A stretch of DNA of 61,483 bases, counting the filler, from Globobulimina sp. (taxonomy: Eukaryota): assembly GCA_003354225.1 (NCBI GenBank). It is 19 parts of 19 records of this genome, joined end to end, with 100 filler letters (N's around TTAATTAATTAA, not from the genome) between each part and the next. Parts side by side here need not be neighbours in the genome. Positions count along the whole stretch, not along the records: positions 55,107 to 58,245 come from PIVH01003612.1; positions 58,346 to 61,483 come from PIVH01003613.1; 17 more parts are not named here. The stretch is one strand, 5' to 3'. The translations under genes and the position numbers were made by a program. The notes under the pieces were generated by a model that saw nothing but the letters and a program-made list of their open reading frames with translations, did not search any database and was not told where the DNA came from. Positions 55,361 to 61,483 of this stretch are shown one piece after another. How positions within the stretch are numbered: the first letter of the stretch is position 1; every line of letters begins with the position of its first letter.

Positions 55361-57601
55361 TCAACAGATCCCATCTTTCTGCAAAGTGTTGACAAGAGAT
55401 TGAAAATTATCTAGACATTTTCCAATTTGAGCCACTGCTTTGATTGCTGGATCATTTGTATTATTGTTCACATCATCAATATCAATATTATGCCATAAAT
55501 ATCCGCTCCAAAAAGCTGAATTTATCCCAAATTCCCAAATCCGACACAATTCAAACATTTTAAAATATGCTTTCATCTCATTTTTATTTCTTAAATCAAC
55601 TTTCAAAGCACCAAATCTTTTCAAATAGTCTAAATAACATAAAAATAATTTTTCTTCAGTTTGCGAACCAGGTTCAATTGGAAATGAATCCATCAAAGCC
55701 AATAAATCAACAAAAGGACAGCCAATCATCCATGTTTGCCAATCTATGCCAATTGATCGTGGAATACAATTATTTACATCCACTTTATCAAAATTCCATT
55801 GAATAACACCCATTCTTTCATTCCCAGCATAATCATCCAGACTTTCTTTATTTTCTTTATTGTCAGACTTATTTGGCAATAATATATTAATTAAAAAATA
55901 ATCCCCATGAACAATTGAGACAAAATTGCTTCTTTCACACAATTTCAATCACGATTGGCTTAATATTTTAGTAATATTTGTCTTTATATACGTAACTGCC
56001 ACACATTGTTCATCTGTGATTGATTTTAAATTTCTGTGTTTTTGTTCAAAACTTGAGAGTCCCCGATTCGTTATTTTCTGTATGAAATCTAAATATGTTT
56101 TTGATGTAAATTGCAATGGAAATAAATCATCATCGTCTTTTAAATCATCATTTTTCAAATTAATTGTACCTAAAGAATATGAATGAAACTCCGCCAAACT
56201 CCGAACCATCATAATTTGTTTCGATGTGGATAAACTATCAAAAAAATAGGGCAACGAACATTTATTTGATAAAAGCATATCTTGTGAACAAATTATATTC
56301 ATTTCTTGAGATTGATCAGAAGCATAATCACAAAATATAAGAACAGGATTTGTTGTGTATGAATGGTCCATTTGTTTTATATATTTGTTATAATATAAAT
56401 ACTCATTTTTTACCAACCAGCATTCACTGTTTTTTCTGTTTTTTGATTGCACAAAGATTTTAACAAATAATTTCCAATCTCTTCCTTTACCTTTTTCCAT
56501 CTCAATTTCTTTATTTTCATCATTTATTATTATAAATTCATCCAATGATAAAGTACTTGCTCTGAATCCATGACCAAAAGCACTGTGTATTTCAAACGAT
56601 TTTATTACTTGATTCGTGCTCAAATAATATGGATTTTTAGCATCAATTTTATGCAAATATTCATTTAAAACTGCAGCATTTAACAGTGTTATTTTGGCTT
56701 TCTGCCCGGACAAAATATCATTTTTAAATTGTTTAATAATATCACTATTAATATCAGGTGAATATGAAAACGGTTTCCGTTGCATATCAAACTTTCTTTC
56801 ATTCGAGTAACATTTATAATTTATCATATATTTGGCCACATTTCCCATTTTATATTGTTTATATAATTCATATAATTTATCATATTCATTGTTTATGCAT
56901 AAATTCCTTATTTCGGTGGATGATAAATTTAATTTATTACATTTACATAACATATACGTGTTTGTCTCACTATTTTCAACATATTGTTCAATATTTGCTG
57001 CATTCAAATCGAAAGTTGAGCCGCCACGGTTATGCACATACAATTTCTTCACGTAATCATAATTTGATGGAATGGGAGAGATTCCATAATCTGTTCCTTC
57101 AATCCAAATAATATCAAATTCATTTTCTTTTAATTTTCTTGTATTTAAAATTCTATCATAAAGTTGTTTGATGACTGCAAAATTCGAATAAAATCTCGGT
57201 GCAAACATCTCATTTCTATCTACCATACAAAACGACAACTCATTAATTGCTATTTCTATTAAATTTAAACGATCAAAATGGGATAGATATGCTTCATTTT
57301 TCCGATTCATTTTATTGCGACAATAGCCATTCCATGAAGGTGATAAATATGCACATAATACATAAAACCCATTTGATTCTAAATATCTTTTGGCGGCTTG
57401 CACTACATTAATATGGCCGTAATGAATGGGACAAAAAGTACCATTGTAAAACATTACACAACAACGCAATCCATTTTTTCGTGTAATATCTGGGAATTTA
57501 TCCATTGGTAAAGGTTGCAAAGTGTCAGATATCCCATACTTATCACAATACACGTTTTCAACATCCAAAACATTGCGAGACGCACTCTTATTGCCATGCA
57601 T
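55361..57601 (-). CDS. HxGH nucleotidyltransferase (NMNAT-like) fused to an EcKL/APH/choline-kinase-like domain; one in-frame TGA at 55949-55951
   Basis: NGTFCPIHYGH, YLSPS, DRLNLI, LSSTEIR; then FVKI, E.LYY, LAEFH, and after the TGA VHGDYFLINIL, IDWQ...GCPFVDL. Confidence 0.8.
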
Positions 57602-57746
57602 TTAACAAGTTTTTTTTTTGACACAATATGGAATTAAAAAATATAAAACGGATTCAGTATCTCTACAAATGTAAGCTTTTCAAAACAAAAAAACAGTGAC
57701 AAAAAAGAAAGCAAATAACACATATAAAAAAAAAGTCAATTGCACA

Positions 57747-58245
57747 TCAATCCAATTCGAGCAACTTACTCAAATCCACGTGAATCAATCGAGCGGACGC
57801 CAACATCTGTTCCGGTAGTTCAATCTCATTAATCTGGCCCTCCATCGTCCAATGCATCTCAACTTGCAAGCCCTTCGCCAACGGGCACGCCAATCGGATG
57901 GTATTCCGAGCCACGGCGTTCACTTCGCACGTGATGTCCACCTCAATGTACTCCGGATACTCTCCTCTCGTGTTCACCCAGACGCACTTGCCGCAGTCGC
58001 ACGGTATGTCCACGCTCGTGTCGCCAGCCTCCTTCTTCTCCGCATCATGGTACAACGTCTTGAACTCGTACGGCTCGTAGGCATCCGACCGCGTACTATG
58101 CGTTTTCACCGAATTCAAGAAATCCGCGTTGTAGCCGCGCATATATTCAATGGGCACTTGCCGCCCAATGATGGCGGGCCGCGACGGCATATGCAAATAC
58201 CACGGCCCCTCTTCTTTGCGCGCCAATAGCTTCAGTCTGTCGTCG
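57747..58245 (-). CDS. EDR2 C-terminal (DUF1336) domain protein, 5'-partial
   Basis: RLKLL...EGPW...PAIIG...YIEVDI...AVAR...ELPEQMLASARLIHVD. Confidence 0.8.
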
Positions 58246-58345
58246 NNNNNNNNNNNNNNNNNNNNNNNNNNNNNNNNNNNNNNNNNNNNTTAATTAATTA
58301 ANNNNNNNNNNNNNNNNNNNNNNNNNNNNNNNNNNNNNNNNNNNN

Positions 58346-58854
58346 ACGATATTAATGACTCATTGACGCTCATTTTAAATAAATTTGTTTATAAAGCAAA
58401 CGATTTGCCAAATTTTATCTTCCTATCTCTAATATTCCATCATGTATCGATATTAACTCTGTTAATCCCAACAAATATGTATTCGCATCATATTGGAGTT
58501 CAATATATGATCATTTCCGTATCAATTTGGACGCCGATTATGGTGGCTTTGGCACTTTATTGTCACACTTTGGATGTTTATGATTTAAAACAACGGGGAC
58601 TATTTACTGTGTTGTATTTCACTCAATTCTTAATTTTTCTTTATTTTCGATTTTATCACGCACCGTATTATTTTGTCCGAATGATGGAGGATCATTATGA
58701 TGAATGGGATAAATATTCACAAATTATGATACCTTCCGGTATGATATTAAACACTGTATTTAATGCATTCTGGCTCAAAGTAATGGGAAGACGACTTTAC
58801 GATTTTCTTTTTAGTGAGAAATACATCAAAAATGAAGCAAAAAAATCGAGGTAA
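58346..58854 (+). CDS. TLC (TRAM/LAG1/CLN8)-like membrane protein, 5'-partial
   Basis: LIFHH, FLYFR, LN..N.FW.. Confidence 0.6.
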
Positions 58855-59164
58855 TCTGACCGTATTAAATCAGTATAGAGCGAATTCAGAATTCAGATTG
58901 CAAACTATACAAAACTATGATGAAAAAACATTTTGTTTGTTTGAAATTGTGTTTTCTTTCTTTTTTTTTTACTTATTATTAAAATATGTATTTATATTAA
59001 CGGTATAACGTTATATTATCATTTATGATTTACTCTCTTGTAATTTCCTAGATTTATTCTTGTGATGTATATCGCTGAAATATGCATTATTTTCATCATC
59101 AATTTGGATATCTTGCAGAAATCAAACCGTTTCTGGTGATTGACAAAGGCAAAAATAACCCTTT

Positions 59165-60163
59165 CTAGAAACTAGTATTATGGAAACTGAAATTAGCAGA
59201 AACAGGCCAATGATCACTATCACCGACACCATACAATACGTTCGAGCTGTTTAATGTTAAATTTTTATAATATATGTGATCAAAACATTTCTCTGAAAAA
59301 CAACACATTTGACACCAAATTCCTCTCCACGACGCAGGTTCATGTTTACAGCAACAACAATACTTAGTTTTAACTTGAAATGTTTTCTTAAACAATAACT
59401 GATTCAACATATATTGATGACATTTACCTGTTTTACAGTTAAAATCACCACAAACAATGGTTGGGATATGATTTATAACATTATTCGAATTAATATTCGC
59501 ATCTTTGCATTTTTCCGAATAATACTTGAAATTATGTATCATTTCATTTAATCTTATTTCATTTTTATTATTTTTATTACAACTAAATATTGAACAACAA
59601 TCACCGCAGCAACCTTCGCCTTGTAATGGCCACGGTGCTACCAAATGGATGCTATGAATTAATAAATCGTTTGAAGTCATCAAATCATAGAATTCTGTTT
59701 CTTTTTGTCCTTTTTCTTTCCAACTATCCGATTTATTGTTGTCAATAATATTTTCGTTTTCGAATTTTATCAAATCGTTTTTGATATTTTCATTTTCATT
59801 CAAATCTAAATTGGCTAAATTAATGAGATATGAATGCATTCTGTACCAGCCTTTGTCAATTGTTTTGATATGATATCGACATTTAATTTTGTGGCTTTTA
59901 TCCAGACATAAAATGATTGATCCACCTTCATATGAATTATAACTAAATGTAAAATCAATATTTTTGTATTTTGATGTGATTGCTTCTTCGCATAGTATTG
60001 ATTGCATCCAATGTTTATTTGCTTCTTGCAAAATTACAATATCTGAGTCTAAACTAGCTATAGCATCTAATATGAGTCTATTATTATATCCTTCAACGTA
60101 TACATTATAAGTAACAACAGTTATTGAAGAGGGATCTTTCTTCTCTTCAGTAGACTTGTTCAT
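59165..60163 (-). CDS. Endonuclease/exonuclease/phosphatase (EEP) family protein
   Basis: TYNV, ILQE, HL, CGDFN, FDHIY, SDHWPV. Confidence 0.88.
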   Translation of the reverse strand: MNKSTEEKKDPSSITVVTYNVYVEGYNNRLILDAIASLDSDIVILQEANKHWMQSILCEEAITSKYKNIDFTFSYNSYEGGSIILCLDKSHKIKCRYHIKTIDKGWYRMHSYLINLANLDLNENENIKNDLIKFENENIIDNNKSDSWKEKGQKETEFYDLMTSNDLLIHSIHLVAPWPLQGEGCCGDCCSIFSCNKNNKNEIRLNEMIHNFKYYSEKCKDANINSNNVINHIPTIVCGDFNCKTGKCHQYMLNQLLFKKTFQVKTKYCCCCKHEPASWRGIWCQMCCFSEKCFDHIYYKNLTLNSSNVLYGVGDSDHWPVSANFSFHNTSF

Positions 60164-60404
60164 TTATTATCTATCGACCCTTAGTATTCTTTCTGTCGTC
60201 CAAAAAAAACAACGAAAATAGTACCCAATAACAAAAAAATAAGTTGTAAAACAAACACAAGAGTCACATATTATATATAAATTAAGAGATAGGAGGGTAA
60301 TAATTGATCATTAGTATATAAATTAATATAAAGGACAATCTAACTATATTTTGTATAAATTAATTAATGTAATTTGTATATTTTGTATATAAAACCATCT
60401 AAAG

Positions 60405-61483
60405 TCATATAACCCCATCGTCGCTATATATAATCTCCAGACTATTCTCACTTTCTTTATTCTCTGCAGTTGCAATATTTGAAAATTTAAAAGTATCCTC
60501 AAGAGATAACATAGCCGGAATTGCTTCCGACGTCGCCAAACCAGCCAATGGCGTCGAATGACTCCTGGTAAACAACAATGTGGCTCTTTTAAACAATGAT
60601 TTTGACGCATTTGACGAAATAAAACTATTTGATTTATTCACATTTCTGTCACACATCGCCAGTACCTCAGCTCTCAATGATTTTGATGCGGTTTCTTTCA
60701 TCTCCATCTCTACAATTTTGACAAACAACACAAATACAAACATGTACGGTCAGATATGCTTAAATCTGAAAATAAATCCGACTGAATCAGCAGATCGAGC
60801 CGACTCAAAATCGATCGATCAGTAAAATTCAGTCAGATTATCATCACACTCATCGTACGGTTTTAAATACAAAATCTGGTTTTTCCTTCAAATTCCGTAC
60901 CTGTCAATGTACGTTTTATGTCAATAGCAGAGGCCGACAAAGACTGTACATGTCGATTCCCGGTATTTTTCTTGTAACTCATCGGCGCAGATCGCGATAT
61001 ATACTCATCCATATTCCTATCGCTCATGCCATTTATTTTCCTGTTTATCGGAGCTAAGGAGGTCCGAAACGTTTCAATTGAACTCGGAGAGAGCCAGGAA
61101 TTTGGTAATAACGGATTTATTGAAATGGAATTATTACGCGACCATATCGGTGGTGAGACTGGCGATATCGATGCGTTTGTGGCGGTTGCTATTGGTTTAG
61201 CAATGTGGGGTAGTTCTAACTGTGGTAAATCCGCCAATATATCTTCTTTCTTAGTGGGCATTGTCTGGTTAATGCAGCCGACTCTGCTCACTGTTGGGAG
61301 TAATACGGGACGTCTCTGGTTAGGGTCTGTTATCACACTCGTCGAGTTTACATATTTTAGCAGTTGTTTTTCGTTATATGACCGGCAACAAAATGCACAA
61401 ATGCACTGCTTTTTAAATCTTCTAATTCTGCCACGAAATAAAGTCAATACGCATATGTTTGATATTAATAATTCAGCGGCAAA
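60405..61483 (-). CDS. 5'-partial protein: end of a TM helix plus an S/P-rich tail (possibly receptor-like)
   Basis: Predicted intron 60710-60900 joins the 194-aa and 112-aa ORFs; begins FAAELLISNICVLTLF-RGRIRR...CICAFCC. Confidence 0.45.

Noticed and set aside
3144-58345. Regularly spaced TTAATTAATTAA as a biological repeat, CRISPR or chromosome-end signal
   Set aside because: It always sits within N-runs in a fixed 100-nt block. It is an assembly linker, and the near-equal spacing reflects size-sorted contigs.
1-61483. Gene cluster or operon-like system spanning the window
   Set aside because: The contigs are unrelated; adjacency is valid only within each 3.1-kb piece.
1-61483. Genome-wide alternative genetic code
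   Set aside because: TAA, TAG and TGA all end genes at plausible positions, most split ORFs are resolved by GT-AG introns, and only one clear in-frame stop was found.

Overview
This window is not one locus. It is 19 unrelated contigs of almost equal length (3143 down to 3138 bp, sorted by size) joined by an artificial 100-nt linker (44 N + TTAATTAATTAA + 44 N), so gene order across linkers means nothing. The DNA is AT-rich and very gene-dense nuclear sequence from a protist. It has short GT-AG introns (mostly 56-75 nt), uses the standard code and has very short intergenic spacers; it looks rhizarian/foraminiferan, but that is my inference. Recognisable genes include RAD50, ADA2, CK2-beta, APC10, MFAP1, ARL6/BBS3-like, NAA35, mitochondrial uS2, ZIP7-like, BASS, agmatinase, RasGEF, a DH-PH-FYVE GEF, MyTH4-FERM, a GPS-7TM receptor, a SINA-like E3, EDR2_C, TLC and EEP proteins. 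The most notable items are: (i) an intron-containing, frameshifted hAT transposase with nearby foldback structures; (ii) a 38-bp TA-CAGTAG element end, present on two contigs, that cuts coding sequence both times; (iii) an HxGH nucleotidyltransferase + EcKL/APH-like kinase fusion with one in-frame TGA; (iv) an uninterrupted 'mini' P-type ATPase lacking DKTGT, TGES, PEGL, the N-domain and TM5-10; (v) a candidate pseudoknotted ncRNA; (vi) a bacterial-like secreted domain fused to a beta-helix; (vii) TPM-RING, EF-hand-villin headpiece and MIF4G/NOT4-like/SAM architectures. All domain calls come from motif recognition by eye; no database searches were run.
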